Counted from the stretch's first letter, positions 49,195 to 59,699 are shown. The stretch is 64,000 nt of DNA from Alphaproteobacteria bacterium (GCA_965228895.1 OZ245842.1:1344001-1408000), one strand, 5' to 3'. Translations and numbers: made by a program. The notes: generated by a model from the letters alone, not told the origin.

Positions 49195-49253
49195 GCTGGT
49201 CACGAAAAAATGTCCTCGCGTTCGGCGGTTCCTAGGTAAGGGGAGTGGATTGC

Positions 49254-49997
49254 ATGATCTCGTTTGAAGGCCAGGTTGCGGTTATCACCGGCGCTGGTGG
49301 CGCGATTGGCGGCGCGACGGCGCGGCGCTTCTTCGATGCCGGGGCCAACCTCGTGTTGACCGACGTTTCGGAGGCCGGTCTTGGTGCGTTGGCCCATGAC
49401 CTCGACGCCTCCGGCGCGCGTGTGGCGACGATCGTTCAGGATGCGCGGCAATCCCGTGATGCCGACGCCGCGGCAGAGCTGGCCAAGGAGCGCTTTGGCA
49501 AGGTCGATACCCTGGTAACGGCGGCCGGCTTGTTCCCGCAGGTCAGCGTGCCCGAGATGACCGATGATCATTGGCATGAGGTGATTGGCATCAACCTGGA
49601 TGGGGTTCTCTTTACATCGCGCGCCATGATCCCGCTGATGCCTGCCGGCGCGTCGATGGTCCACATCGCTTCGCTCGCGGGTCATCGCGGCACAGCCGAG
49701 CACGCCCACTACGGTGCGGCCAAGGCAGGCGTTTTGGGGCTGAGTCGGTCGCTCGCGCACGAACTGGCGCCCAACAACATCCGCGTCAACGCGGTATCGC
49801 CCGGCATCATCGAGACGCCGATGGTGAATGATCTGATGCGCCAACGCGGCGATTTTATTCTTGCCGCTACGCCCATGGCACGTCTCGGCACGCCGGACGA
49901 GATCGCCTGCGCGATCGCGTTCCTGGCCAGCGATCTCGCCAGCTTCATCACCGCCGAGACGCTTCATGTGAACGGCGGTTACTACGTGGGATCTTAA
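49254..49997 (+). CDS. Short-chain dehydrogenase/reductase (FabG-like)
   Basis: TGAGGAIG, YGAAK, PGIIETPM. Confidence 0.9.
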   Translation: MISFEGQVAVITGAGGAIGGATARRFFDAGANLVLTDVSEAGLGALAHDLDASGARVATIVQDARQSRDADAAAELAKERFGKVDTLVTAAGLFPQVSVPEMTDDHWHEVIGINLDGVLFTSRAMIPLMPAGASMVHIASLAGHRGTAEHAHYGAAKAGVLGLSRSLAHELAPNNIRVNAVSPGIIETPMVNDLMRQRGDFILAATPMARLGTPDEIACAIAFLASDLASFITAETLHVNGGYYVGS

Positions 49998-50007
49998 GGG
50001 CTGCGAA

Positions 50008-50844
50008 TCACCATAGACTGCCGCCGGCGACGTTGATGTTTTCCATGGTCAGGCCGCGCGCGTCGTCACGGCAGAAAAAGACGGCGAGCGCCGCGATCTC
50101 TTCAGGTTCGATGATACGTTTCTGCGGATAGGTCGCCGCAATGTCGCCGACAAGCTCTTCGATGGGTCGGTTGTCACCCCTCTCAGCGGCGCGCCGCGTC
50201 AAGTCGCTCACCAGCATGCCGGTGCGCACATAGCCGGGATTGATGGCATTGCATGTGACGCCGTGGGGCGCACCTTCCAGAGCGACGCACCGCGTCAGCC
50301 CGAGTAGACCTGACTTCGACGCACAATAGGCGGCACAATCCTCGGCGCCGATGTTGGCGGCCGTCGACGCCACGTTGACGATACGTCCCCAGCCCCGCTC
50401 GATCATGCCCGGCAGACAGCGTTTTATCATGCGGTAAGGGCCAGTCAGATTGGTGTCGAGCGTTCGCTGCCACAAGGCGTCGTCGTGGCCGACGATGTTC
50501 TGGAAGACGCTGATGCCCGCGACGTTCATCAAGATGTCGACCTTGCCGAAATGGTCTTGGGCCAAGTCAATCAGGCCCTGACAGCGCTCATCAGAGCGCA
50601 GGTCGTGGTGACATCCGACCGCATTGACACCACAGGCTTCGATGGCAGCGACGGCACGGTCCAAATCGGTCTGGGTCAAACGGGATGTATCGGCCGGCTC
50701 ATCGGCTTCAGGATCGTCATATAGAAACGAACCGATGGCGACATCGGCGCCGGCTTCGGCGAGCGCCAGGGCAACGGCGTGGCCCTGACCCGATGCGCCA
50801 CCGGTGACGATTGCGGCGCGGCCTTCAAGAAAACGATCGGACAT
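50008..50844 (-). CDS. Short-chain dehydrogenase/reductase
   Basis: TGGASGQG, NVAG, YCASK. Confidence 0.9.
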   Translation of the reverse strand: MSDRFLEGRAAIVTGGASGQGHAVALALAEAGADVAIGSFLYDDPEADEPADTSRLTQTDLDRAVAAIEACGVNAVGCHHDLRSDERCQGLIDLAQDHFGKVDILMNVAGISVFQNIVGHDDALWQRTLDTNLTGPYRMIKRCLPGMIERGWGRIVNVASTAANIGAEDCAAYCASKSGLLGLTRCVALEGAPHGVTCNAINPGYVRTGMLVSDLTRRAAERGDNRPIEELVGDIAATYPQKRIIEPEEIAALAVFFCRDDARGLTMENINVAGGSLW

Positions 50845-50911
50845 GATGGACTCCCGTTAAGCACGCGGGGACGATAGCCTTTACCGGAACAGGGGTCATC
50901 AGGGGGCAACC

Positions 50912-51511
50912 ATGATTTATGCCGAGTACATCGAGCGCGACCGTTTCATGCCGATGGAGATCTTCCGGCGCTTCGCCGATCAGTCGTCATGGACCGATCC
51001 CGATGACGGCATGGTCGGCAATTTCGGCCGCACCATGCGCATGGGGCCGACGCCCGCCTACATGTGCTTCTGGCAGTGCAAGGGTCTGGAACGCATGGAT
51101 GAGTGGGAGACCCACTTTCGCACGCCCGAAGCGGCGATGGACGCTGCCGAGCAGGCGACCTTTCGCGCCATTCACCTGGCGCGGGGCGGCTGTTATGACG
51201 AGCTTGTCCAAGGCCCGGCTGTCGACCGGGACGGTCTTATCTGCATCGAGTACTTTGCCGCACCCGAGAGTGCACCCGGCGAAGAAGTTGCCGCACACTT
51301 CGAGGGGCGGGCCGCCAGGCATCCCGAAGCGGCCTTGAATTTCGTCCTGCGTCGGATTGGCCGCCTGGGTCCCAACCCCGGTTGCCTGGCGGTCTGGACG
51401 TTCGCCGACTACGCGGCGATGGAGCCGTTTCAGCGCGCCAGCCTGGATGACGATCCCTATCGTCCGGAAGAAACCGGCATCTATCGCTGGATGGGTAAAG
51501 ATATTCTCTAG
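50912..51511 (+). CDS. Hypothetical protein with internal two-fold repeat
   Basis: AGGGGG RBS; fills the gap between genes; RMGPTPAYMCFW resembles RLGPNPGCLAVW. Confidence 0.7.
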   Translation: MIYAEYIERDRFMPMEIFRRFADQSSWTDPDDGMVGNFGRTMRMGPTPAYMCFWQCKGLERMDEWETHFRTPEAAMDAAEQATFRAIHLARGGCYDELVQGPAVDRDGLICIEYFAAPESAPGEEVAAHFEGRAARHPEAALNFVLRRIGRLGPNPGCLAVWTFADYAAMEPFQRASLDDDPYRPEETGIYRWMGKDIL

Positions 51512-51571
51512 ACGCAGAGATGCGGCGGCCGGTGATTGACCAGCCGCCGCACCGTAGATTCGTCCCGGAGG

Positions 51572-52093
51572 TTAGCGTACACCCTTCAGCGCGTCGCCAA
51601 GGAGCCAGACCGCAACTGCGAGCAGCACCGTATCCTTGATGATGAACTGGCCGGGTACGACGGAGAGCGCCGGGAACCCGCCCAGGCTCGCTTCCCAGCC
51701 GGGCGCGGTGAACAGAAAGCTGAGCGTGACGATGAAGGTCGCAATGGCGCCCAAGGCGCCAAGCACGGCGGCGCCGCGCAACCACAATCCGGCGACGATC
51801 AGAAGCGCCGTCGCGATTTCGACGGTGCCGATCAGGTTGGAAACGCCCTGCAGACTCAGAACATCGTAGAGCCAGCTTGTAAACGGGCTCGATGCGACTA
51901 GGCCTTCGATGGCGCCGGCCTCGTAGGCCGTGAACTTCATAGCGCCGATCCAGCCGAGGACGCCGGCCACGGTGAACCGCGCCGCGAGCTTGCCATAGCG
52001 TGACAGACGTTCGCCAAGTTCGGCGATGTCTTCTTTAACGGTGGAATCCTGCGCAACACGATAGGGGGATGCGGTGCCTGTCTTGTTGGTCAT
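51572..52093 (-). CDS. DUF417/YkgB (RclC-like) membrane protein
   Basis: WIGAMKFTAYEA..I..LV.SSP, TLSFLFTAPG, GQFIIKD; AAGGAG RBS. Confidence 0.88.
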   Translation of the reverse strand: MTNKTGTASPYRVAQDSTVKEDIAELGERLSRYGKLAARFTVAGVLGWIGAMKFTAYEAGAIEGLVASSPFTSWLYDVLSLQGVSNLIGTVEIATALLIVAGLWLRGAAVLGALGAIATFIVTLSFLFTAPGWEASLGGFPALSVVPGQFIIKDTVLLAVAVWLLGDALKGVR

Positions 52094-52147
52094 AACGTCA
52101 GTCTCCTTTTGGTGTCGGATCGGCAAATTGTGGGAAACCCCTTGTTC

Positions 52148-52163
52148 ATGACCGATCGGTCAT
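52148..52163. promoter_or_regulatory. TetR operator 1, perfect palindrome ATGACCGATCGGTCAT
   Basis: 16-bp palindrome in the divergent intergenic region. Confidence 0.8.
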
Positions 52164-52220
52164 TATCTTGTCCTGTGAAACGGCGATCATGGTCGCCAGT
52201 ACAACGCAGATGGATATTCA

Positions 52221-52234
52221 TGACCGATCGGTCA
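52221..52234. promoter_or_regulatory. TetR operator 2, TGACCGATCGGTCA
   Basis: Second copy of the palindrome, 19 bp upstream of the tetR ATG. Confidence 0.8.
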
Positions 52235-52253
52235 AGAATAAGGATGATCACAA

Positions 52254-52844
52254 ATGAGTGACACGAAACCCCTGGGCAGGCCCCGTGAGTTCGACGAAGG
52301 CGACGCCCTCGCCACGATCCTCGATGCTTTCTGGAAAAACGGATTTGCCGGCACGTCCATGAGCGACCTGGTGGCCGCCACAGACCTCAGGAAAGGCAGT
52401 CTCTACGCTGCTTTCGGCGACAAACACGCAATGTATCTGAAGGCGCTGGCGCTTTATGACCGCACGGCCGTCGAAGGCGCTGTCGCGCTTCTGACGGGAC
52501 CAGGAGCGCCTCTGGAACGTCTCGACCGGTTCCTCAGCCTGCCGATCACCGCGATTGCCAAGGCTGGAGACCGGCGAGGCTGTTTCCTGTGCAACGCCTC
52601 GGTCGATCAGGCGGTTCTGGACCCCGACACCGAACGTGCCGTCAAAGCAGGTTTTCGCCGTATGGCGCGTGCCTTGGAGACGGCCTTGTCAGCGATACCG
52701 GGCGAAGCGGATCGCGCCGGTCAAGCACAGCACCTCTTGTCGGTCTACTTTGGGCTTCGTGTGATGGCCAAGGGCGGTCAATCGATCAAGGCCCTGACCG
52801 AGGCCAAGCGCGCGGCCCTGAAGGGCTTATCCGCGTCGCGTTAG
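52254..52844 (+). CDS. TetR/AcrR-family regulator (NemR/ComR-like)
   Basis: GRPREFD, FWKNGFAGTSMSDLV...KGSLYAAFGDK, RGCFLCN. Confidence 0.92.
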   Translation: MSDTKPLGRPREFDEGDALATILDAFWKNGFAGTSMSDLVAATDLRKGSLYAAFGDKHAMYLKALALYDRTAVEGAVALLTGPGAPLERLDRFLSLPITAIAKAGDRRGCFLCNASVDQAVLDPDTERAVKAGFRRMARALETALSAIPGEADRAGQAQHLLSVYFGLRVMAKGGQSIKALTEAKRAALKGLSASR

Positions 52845-52896
52845 CGTATCTCTACGTACCGGCATCGCTCCACCGCCAAGCCTCATGGCGGCATCG

Positions 52897-53406
52897 TCAG
52901 TCGACTGACTTCCAACGGGCGTGGTTAGGGTCTCGCAGTTTTCTCACGGCGTTTTCTACCGTCGACGCCTGCACACTGGCGCGTCGATGCAGCTTGCGCA
53001 GCTTCTCAACCGCTTCGTCGCGTGCGGCATCATGGGAGTCGAGGTGCCTTTCAATGTCATCGATGACGTCTTCGGCACCCAAAACGAGATCGCGCATGTC
53101 GAGAACGGGGCGGACGACCTCGAGGTCCGGCAATTGCGCAATGTGAACCTCGCGTAGAGCCTCACCAGCATTCCTGAACGCCGCGGCGTTGTAGCTCTCC
53201 CGGTAGTAGCGTGCCATCGACTCGTCATGCCCGTCGCACAACTGGACCTTGGCCTCATCGATCAGGTGCATGGCGCTGTCCACGATCGAGGCCACGGTTT
53301 CCAATAGGCGTGCATCGTCCTGTCGCTGGACATGCGCAGACCGTCGCACAACCAGCCAATGGGAAAACCAGGCAACACCGACGGCAACGATTGCCGTCAA
53401 GATCAT
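52897..53406 (-). CDS. Hypothetical protein with N-terminal membrane anchor
   Basis: Hydrophobic N-terminus then helical charged region; no recognised motif. Confidence 0.55.
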   Translation of the reverse strand: MILTAIVAVGVAWFSHWLVVRRSAHVQRQDDARLLETVASIVDSAMHLIDEAKVQLCDGHDESMARYYRESYNAAAFRNAGEALREVHIAQLPDLEVVRPVLDMRDLVLGAEDVIDDIERHLDSHDAARDEAVEKLRKLHRRASVQASTVENAVRKLRDPNHARWKSVD

Positions 53407-53591
53407 GGCACTCAAGGATCTAGCTCCCGATCACCACCTCAATTGGTTCAGAGACCATCATGATCATGCGCCTTCTGGTAGAACGCAAGTCGGGCAGGAT
53501 AAGGCGTTCGCGTTGCGGCCATCGTTCTGTTCTCGTGCTACGTTGCCATCGGACGATCCTATGACGGAGCTGGAGCAGAAGGAGGGCCGCC

Positions 53592-54362
53592 ATGCAGTTC
53601 AATTTTGCCGACAAGCGCGTGTTGGTCACCGGAGGAACGCGCGGCATCGGAAATGCCACCGTCGCGGCTTTTCTTGACGCTGGCGCGCGTGTCGCCGTCA
53701 ATGGGCGGACGGCCGACTCAACGGCTTCGGCCATGGCGGTTCTCGGCCATGGTGACCGGCTGTTCCCCGCGCCCGGCGATATCGGAACTGTGGCCGGTTG
53801 TGAGGCGGCCGTCGGCGCTGCGCTCGACGCTCTGGGCGGCCTTGACGTTCTCGTCAACAGCGCCGGCGTTGGCAAGGATGGACGCATCGAGGATTTCGAT
53901 GAGGCGGCCTGGGATGAGACGCTGGACATCAATCTGAAGGGCACGTTCTTTTGCATCCGAACGGCGCTGCCGGCTCTGCGGAAAAGCAAAGGCAATATCG
54001 TCAACCTGGCTTCTGACGCCGGGCTGATCGGCGACGGGACATTGACGGTCTACAGCGCATCCAAGGGTGGTGTTGTCAACATGACGCGCGCCATGGCGCT
54101 GGAACTGGCGCCCGACATCCGCGTCAACTGCGTTTGTCCCGGCTATGTCGACACCGACATGGTGCGCCGCGACGGCATCGAGCAAGCCGATGATCCCGCC
54201 GCGGCAGAACAGGCGGTGATCGACTACGCGCCGCTCAAGACCCTCGGGAAACCGTCCGAAATTGCCTCGGCGATCCTGTACCTGGCGTCGGAAGATGCGC
54301 GGTTCATCACCGGATCGGCCCTGCAGATCGATGGCGGGTCCACCGCCGGGCACACCAGCTAA
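53592..54362 (+). CDS. Short-chain dehydrogenase/reductase (paralog of 4040-4792)
   Basis: TGGTRGIG, NSAG, YSASK; AAGGAGG RBS. Confidence 0.92.
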   Translation: MQFNFADKRVLVTGGTRGIGNATVAAFLDAGARVAVNGRTADSTASAMAVLGHGDRLFPAPGDIGTVAGCEAAVGAALDALGGLDVLVNSAGVGKDGRIEDFDEAAWDETLDINLKGTFFCIRTALPALRKSKGNIVNLASDAGLIGDGTLTVYSASKGGVVNMTRAMALELAPDIRVNCVCPGYVDTDMVRRDGIEQADDPAAAEQAVIDYAPLKTLGKPSEIASAILYLASEDARFITGSALQIDGGSTAGHTS

Positions 54363-54373
54363 AACACGCTCGC

Positions 54374-56080
54374 CTAAGCCACCCACTCGCTGACCGGCGC
54401 GTTGGCCTCGTCAAGCGGCTGACAGGTGACATCGACCAGTGACGGACCGCGATGCGCGATCGCTTCTTTCAGCGTGCCGCGTAGCGCGCGCGGGTCTTCG
54501 ACCGACCAGGCCTTCAGGCCGAAACCCTCGGCGACACGGGCGTGATCGGTGCGGCTGAAGCTGGTGGCGAAAAAGCGGGCGTCATAGCGGTGCCGTTGCC
54601 CGGCGCGGATCCAGCCATAGGTCGCGTTGGCGACAACCACCAGGGTGACCGGCAGATCGAGCCGTACCATGGTTTCCATTTCGCCCGCCGCCATGCCGAA
54701 GCTGCCATCGCCCATGACCGCCACGCACGGCACGTCGGGCCGCGCTGTTTGCGCGCCGATGATGGCCGGCAGCGCATAACCCAGCGCGCCGTGGGCGCGG
54801 TTCGAGATCAGGTGCCGGCCCGCGCGCGGCAGGGTGTAGTAGGCCGAGAAGTAAGGGCAGGGTGTGCCTGGGTCGACGACGACGACACCGTCATCGGGCA
54901 TGACGGCGCGCAGATCGGCGACGAGGCGTTCCGGCCTGATCGGCGTTGCGTCCGCACCGGCCAGCATGTCGAAGGCCGCAAATTTCGCACGCTTTGCTTC
55001 CGCGACGATGGCCTGCGCGCCGGTCTCGACGGCCGGTCCCGCGAGCTCGACCAGGAGTGCCTCCAGGATCAGTCTGACATCGCCGACGATCGCGGCGTCC
55101 GGCTCATAGGTTGCGCCGATCACCGCCGGGTCGATATCGATCTGAACGATCTTGGCTTTGCCAGCGGCCGGGTACTGCCACCGTTCCGTGGTTACCGAAC
55201 CGGCGCGGCAGGTGACGAAGACCACGACGTCGGCCCGTTCGACAACCGCGCGGGTCTCCGGCGTGCCGCCGTTGGAGCCGACGACGCCCAGCGCCAACGG
55301 ATGAGTCTCCGCGATGGCGCCCTGGCCGGTGATGGTGGTCGCGACCGGCGCATCAAGACGTTCGGCAAGCGATTGCAGCACGTCTTCCGCGCCTGATGTC
55401 ACGACGCCGCCGCCGCAGATGAAAATCGGCATCGTGGCGTCGGCCAGCAGGTCGGCGGTACGCGCGATGGCGCGCAGGTCGCCCATCGGCCGTTCCGCCG
55501 GCACCATGCCAAACGCTGGGTCACCCGTGACATCGCCATCATCGACGGGGTCGCGCTGCACGTCGAAGGGCAGACCCAGGTGCACGGCACCCGGTTTGCC
55601 GCATGTCGCTTCCTTAAAGGCGCGACACAGGGTCGCGGGTATGTCGGACGCGCGATCGATGACGTCGTTGTACTTCGTGATCGGTGCGAACAGCGCCTTT
55701 TGATCAAGCTCCGTCAGCGTGAACTTGCCGCGTCCGCTGACCGCGATGTCGGTCGTCATGGCGATCATCGGCACGGACGAATCGTTCGCTTCGGCGATGC
55801 CCGGCAGGATGTACGTCGCGCCGCCGCCGGACGGCCCTTCGCAGATGCCGACCCGGTTGGTCAGGCGCGCGTAGGCGTCCGCCATATAGGCGGCGTGGCG
55901 TTCGTCGCGCGTCAGAATATGCGTGATGCCGTGATCGAGACGCGCCAGCGAGTCGTAGAGCGGCAGGCTGGTGTCGCCGCACAGGCCGAAGACGTGCTGG
56001 ACGCCATGGTGTTGCAGCAGGCGCACGACCGCATCGGCGCCGGTCATCCGGTTATCAAGATCGGGCACGGGCAAACTCAA
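54374..56080 (-). CDS. Thiamine-diphosphate-dependent enzyme (acetolactate synthase-like family)
   Basis: VFGLCG, RDERHAAYMADAYAR, GDGSFGM...VVANATYGWI. Confidence 0.9.
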   Translation of the reverse strand: MSLPVPDLDNRMTGADAVVRLLQHHGVQHVFGLCGDTSLPLYDSLARLDHGITHILTRDERHAAYMADAYARLTNRVGICEGPSGGGATYILPGIAEANDSSVPMIAMTTDIAVSGRGKFTLTELDQKALFAPITKYNDVIDRASDIPATLCRAFKEATCGKPGAVHLGLPFDVQRDPVDDGDVTGDPAFGMVPAERPMGDLRAIARTADLLADATMPIFICGGGVVTSGAEDVLQSLAERLDAPVATTITGQGAIAETHPLALGVVGSNGGTPETRAVVERADVVVFVTCRAGSVTTERWQYPAAGKAKIVQIDIDPAVIGATYEPDAAIVGDVRLILEALLVELAGPAVETGAQAIVAEAKRAKFAAFDMLAGADATPIRPERLVADLRAVMPDDGVVVVDPGTPCPYFSAYYTLPRAGRHLISNRAHGALGYALPAIIGAQTARPDVPCVAVMGDGSFGMAAGEMETMVRLDLPVTLVVVANATYGWIRAGQRHRYDARFFATSFSRTDHARVAEGFGLKAWSVEDPRALRGTLKEAIAHRGPSLVDVTCQPLDEANAPVSEWVA

Positions 56081-57426
56081 ACGGGGGCAAGAACAAGATC
56101 GGCAAGGGTATCCGTATCACCGCTCGACGTGCCGAGCGCGTTGACCGCTTGGTCAACCGCTTCGGCGCGTTCGGCGCCGATGACCGGTGCGGCAAGCGCG
56201 TGGAACTTGTTCTTCATGAACACGTCGTCGAACGGAGCGTCGGGATCGCCGTTGGCGGCGACAAGGTCGGTCGCGAAGCTCTGGCCGTCGCGCAACGTCA
56301 CCTTGGCGCGCGCAAGACGCTCTGCCGGAAAGCGGGCGTTGCAGGCATCGTCTTCGCTGAGCCTAACCACATCGGCAATCCGCGCCACTACCGGGTCGGT
56401 CAGGCCAACGCCGGTAATCTCGGCTGTGCCCAGCGTACCTTTGACCAAGGCTGACGCGACCGGGAAGGGCAGGCTGTATTGCGCCTGCTCCGTGTCGGCG
56501 GGGTGGCGCATGGCAAGGCGGGTCGCCTCATGGAAGGTCGCGACCTCGATCACGTCGATCGTTTCGGCGTCGAACCCATGGCTGCGCTGCAGCTGAAGCG
56601 TCGCCTCGACGGCCGGCTGCGCCCAACGGCAGACCGGATAGGGTTTGACGTACTGGTCGGTCATGTACCAGGTCGCGCCCAGATCGGACCACAGGTGCGC
56701 GAGGTCGTCGGCCTCCGTGGTGATGGCCGGCGCGCCGGTGAAACCGTCGGCTGCCAGATAGGCGGCGGAAACGCCCGCCATCGCGCCCCAGCCGGAGCCG
56801 TCCTTCAACATGGTCGGGTGATCGATACAGCGCATCATCTGGCTACGCGGCCCGTGGTACTCGGCGATGCCCAGAGCGTGGCGCGTCTTCTCGCGGTCGA
56901 GACCCATCAGGCGCGCGCCAAGCGCGGCAATGGCGACGCACGTCCAGGCGCCGGAGGTGTGATAGTCGGGCACGCTGGCGTGAAGCGCGATACCGGCCCG
57001 TGTGCCGATCTCATAACCCAGAACGAAGCAGGTCAAGAACTGACGGTCGTCCATGGCGAGCCCATCGTCGTGATAGGCCAGCAGCGCGGGCAGGACAGCG
57101 ACGCCGATATGACCCTTGGTGTCGCGCATGCCGTCATGGGCGTCGATGGCGTCGATCGTCATGCCGCCGGCCAGCGCCGCGCCGGCCGGGCTCGCCCGCC
57201 GGCCGTCGAACAGGAGCCGGGCCGAGGAGCCGCCGAACATACGGACGGCGTGATCGTGAATGATCCGCGACAGTGGCGTTGTGCGCCCGCTCGCCGAAAC
57301 ACCGATCAGATCGAGCAGGTGGCGCCGCGCGGCATGAACCACGTCATCGGGCAGATCGTCAAAGGTGAGCTCGTGGACGAAGGCCGGAACGTCGAAGGAC
57401 GCTGCCGTTTCAAGTTGGGTCGCCAT
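56077..57426 (-). CDS. MmgE/PrpD-family protein
   Basis: LLDLIGV..SG, DAHDG...KGH, KPYPVCRWAQ, AQYSLPF. Confidence 0.9.
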   Translation of the reverse strand: MATQLETAASFDVPAFVHELTFDDLPDDVVHAARRHLLDLIGVSASGRTTPLSRIIHDHAVRMFGGSSARLLFDGRRASPAGAALAGGMTIDAIDAHDGMRDTKGHIGVAVLPALLAYHDDGLAMDDRQFLTCFVLGYEIGTRAGIALHASVPDYHTSGAWTCVAIAALGARLMGLDREKTRHALGIAEYHGPRSQMMRCIDHPTMLKDGSGWGAMAGVSAAYLAADGFTGAPAITTEADDLAHLWSDLGATWYMTDQYVKPYPVCRWAQPAVEATLQLQRSHGFDAETIDVIEVATFHEATRLAMRHPADTEQAQYSLPFPVASALVKGTLGTAEITGVGLTDPVVARIADVVRLSEDDACNARFPAERLARAKVTLRDGQSFATDLVAANGDPDAPFDDVFMKNKFHALAAPVIGAERAEAVDQAVNALGTSSGDTDTLADLVLAPV

Positions 57427-57443
57427 GGGCGGGTCGGCCTCCT

Positions 57444-59699
57444 CTATGCGGCGTTGAACACGATATCAAGGCGCTGGATCGATTCGGTTACGGGCAGAAT
57501 AATGCGTCCTTCGGCCGGATCATAGGCCAAGGTGTCTCCCCCTAGCGTTGCGTTGGCGGCTCTCTTGTCGCCAGCAACCGTGATCTCGACCCAGCGATCA
57601 CCGCTTCCGGCGGGGATGAAGACCGAGCAGTCAGTTGCCGTCAGATGCAGGTGGTTCAGTCTGCCGGTCATGTTGGTGGTAAGCGTCAAGCCGTTCTCGG
57701 TTGTTACCGCCAACGTGTCGCCGGTCGCCTCGACTGTCGCGTCGCCGGCAGGCGTCAACATCGGCCCCAGCCGATAGGTCTCGCCGTCGCGCCGCGTCAC
57801 GGTCCAGCCCTGCCACGGGTTGACGTCGGAGAGCTCGGCGGTCGCGACATAGGCCATCAAGGCGCCCCAGGTATAGAAGAGGTCGGTGTCCGGCTGGTCG
57901 TCGGCCTGACCGGATGTGCCATTGAAGTTTTCGCCGCAGATGCGGGCGCGTTCCCAGTTCTCCATGAAGATGCGGTAGCTGGACTCCGCGACCTCGCGCG
58001 CGGCGTCGTCGAGGCCGTAGCGGCGCAGGCCGTAATAGGTCAGGAAGTTCAGCGGCGGCCAGATGCGCCCGCGCCAGTAGACATTGTCGTGGAACGCCGG
58101 GTCGTCGCGGGTCACCGCCGGCAGCATGTGGTCGCCATAGAAGGCGTCGGGGTTCATGAGCCAGCCGTCGACCATCTTCTCGGCCTGCTCGGTCGTCGCC
58201 GCACCGCAGACGAGCGGGAAGAAGCTGGTTGGTGCGATCGAGTCGGTGAACTTGCCGGACCACAGGCGGTTGGCGAAGACCTGCCGGTCATCGTCCCACA
58301 GTTGGTCGCGGATGCGCTCCTTCAGGCCCGTCGTCAGACGTTCCAGACGGTCGGACTCGTCGAGATGGCCCAGCGCACGCGCGATGTGGGCGAGGATCTC
58401 GCCATCCAGCGCGACGAAACTGTTGAGCGCGACGTCCTCGCAATCCAGCGTATGGACGTCCTCCATCAGACGGGCCTCGTCGTGGATCGGCGAGTTGTCC
58501 ATCATGGACTCGTCCTTGGCCGCGAGCTTGGTGCCGCGGTAGAGCCCGGTACCGACCGGCGAGGTGCCGAATTCCAACAGGCCGTTCTTGTTGCCGTCAC
58601 GCTCGCGCCACCACCAATCGTGGTTGCTCTTCAAGACCGGCCAGGCGTCCTCCAAAAAACGCCGGTCGCCGGTTCTCAGATAGTGGCACCAGGTGGTGAA
58701 ACCGACGACGGGCGGCTGCGAGCGGTCGATCCAGCTGTCGTTACCGGTCAGCAGACAGGGCAGGTTGCCAGCCTCGGCAACGCCGTCGAACACGGCTTTT
58801 TGGTTCTCGTGACCGAGATCGGCGTCGAACAGGCTGCCCATCATGCCGTGGTAGACGACATCGTTAAGCCAGACGCCCCAGCCGCCAAACTTCTGGGCGA
58901 CCCAGTTGCGGCTGAGCGAGGTGTACGGCCGGCCGTTGTGGCGATCCCAAACCGTGTTCCAGGCGACGCAGTCGCGCACCGCATCGAGCGCGCCGGCGAA
59001 CTGACCGGTGTGATGTGCTGCCATGGGTAGAGGTTGCGATACCTGCAAGGCTTTGGTCAGCTTGGCGGAGGCTTCCTTGCGGGTTGGCGCGTGGGTCAGC
59101 GCGACCTCGAATTCGGCCATTTCTTCGAGGTTGTAGCGGAGAACGCCGAGCGGCCCGTTGGTGCCGCGTGACGCCAGGTAGAAGTATCCCTTTTCTTCGT
59201 ACTCCTGCTTCAGGTCGTCGAAGCTCCTGTGAAACGTCGCCATCAAGGGAAAGTGCGGGCCGCGCACGACGATGTCGCCGTGACCGGTCCATAGCGCCAT
59301 CTCGGTGGAGTCGGGGTCGTAGGACCAGACGTGTTCGCCGTCATGGGCATGCTCGTCGCGCCAAAGGCAGACCAGAAGCCAGAAACGAAGGCCCCATTCG
59401 CCGAACGCGAGCGTCTTCCAGCCGATCTTGAGAACGTCGTTGTCGTCCTTTGACAAACGCACGGCGATCTTGGTGCCCGCATGCTCGATATCGATGGCGA
59501 TGTCGGTGGCATCGACGGTCCGCGGCCCCAAGGTGACGCCGTTGCGGTGACCGGGCGGCAGTCGCGTGAAGGTGCCGGTGGCATCGGAATAGGCGGCAAG
59601 ACCGACATGGACGCCGGTGGGCAGGTGCACGAGTTCGGCCGGATAGACCGCATCCCACGTGTTCCACGCGCGATGGTCGGGAACGGGCCGGTCGCTCAT
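57444..59699 (-). CDS. GH63/MGH1-like (alpha/alpha)6 glycoside hydrolase
   Basis: W.ND, RSQPPV, RDGNKNGLLE, ESMMDNSP, YWRGRIWPPLN, GENFN. Confidence 0.8.
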   Translation of the reverse strand: MSDRPVPDHRAWNTWDAVYPAELVHLPTGVHVGLAAYSDATGTFTRLPPGHRNGVTLGPRTVDATDIAIDIEHAGTKIAVRLSKDDNDVLKIGWKTLAFGEWGLRFWLLVCLWRDEHAHDGEHVWSYDPDSTEMALWTGHGDIVVRGPHFPLMATFHRSFDDLKQEYEEKGYFYLASRGTNGPLGVLRYNLEEMAEFEVALTHAPTRKEASAKLTKALQVSQPLPMAAHHTGQFAGALDAVRDCVAWNTVWDRHNGRPYTSLSRNWVAQKFGGWGVWLNDVVYHGMMGSLFDADLGHENQKAVFDGVAEAGNLPCLLTGNDSWIDRSQPPVVGFTTWCHYLRTGDRRFLEDAWPVLKSNHDWWWRERDGNKNGLLEFGTSPVGTGLYRGTKLAAKDESMMDNSPIHDEARLMEDVHTLDCEDVALNSFVALDGEILAHIARALGHLDESDRLERLTTGLKERIRDQLWDDDRQVFANRLWSGKFTDSIAPTSFFPLVCGAATTEQAEKMVDGWLMNPDAFYGDHMLPAVTRDDPAFHDNVYWRGRIWPPLNFLTYYGLRRYGLDDAAREVAESSYRIFMENWERARICGENFNGTSGQADDQPDTDLFYTWGALMAYVATAELSDVNPWQGWTVTRRDGETYRLGPMLTPAGDATVEATGDTLAVTTENGLTLTTNMTGRLNHLHLTATDCSVFIPAGSGDRWVEITVAGDKRAANATLGGDTLAYDPAEGRIILPVTESIQRLDIVFNAA

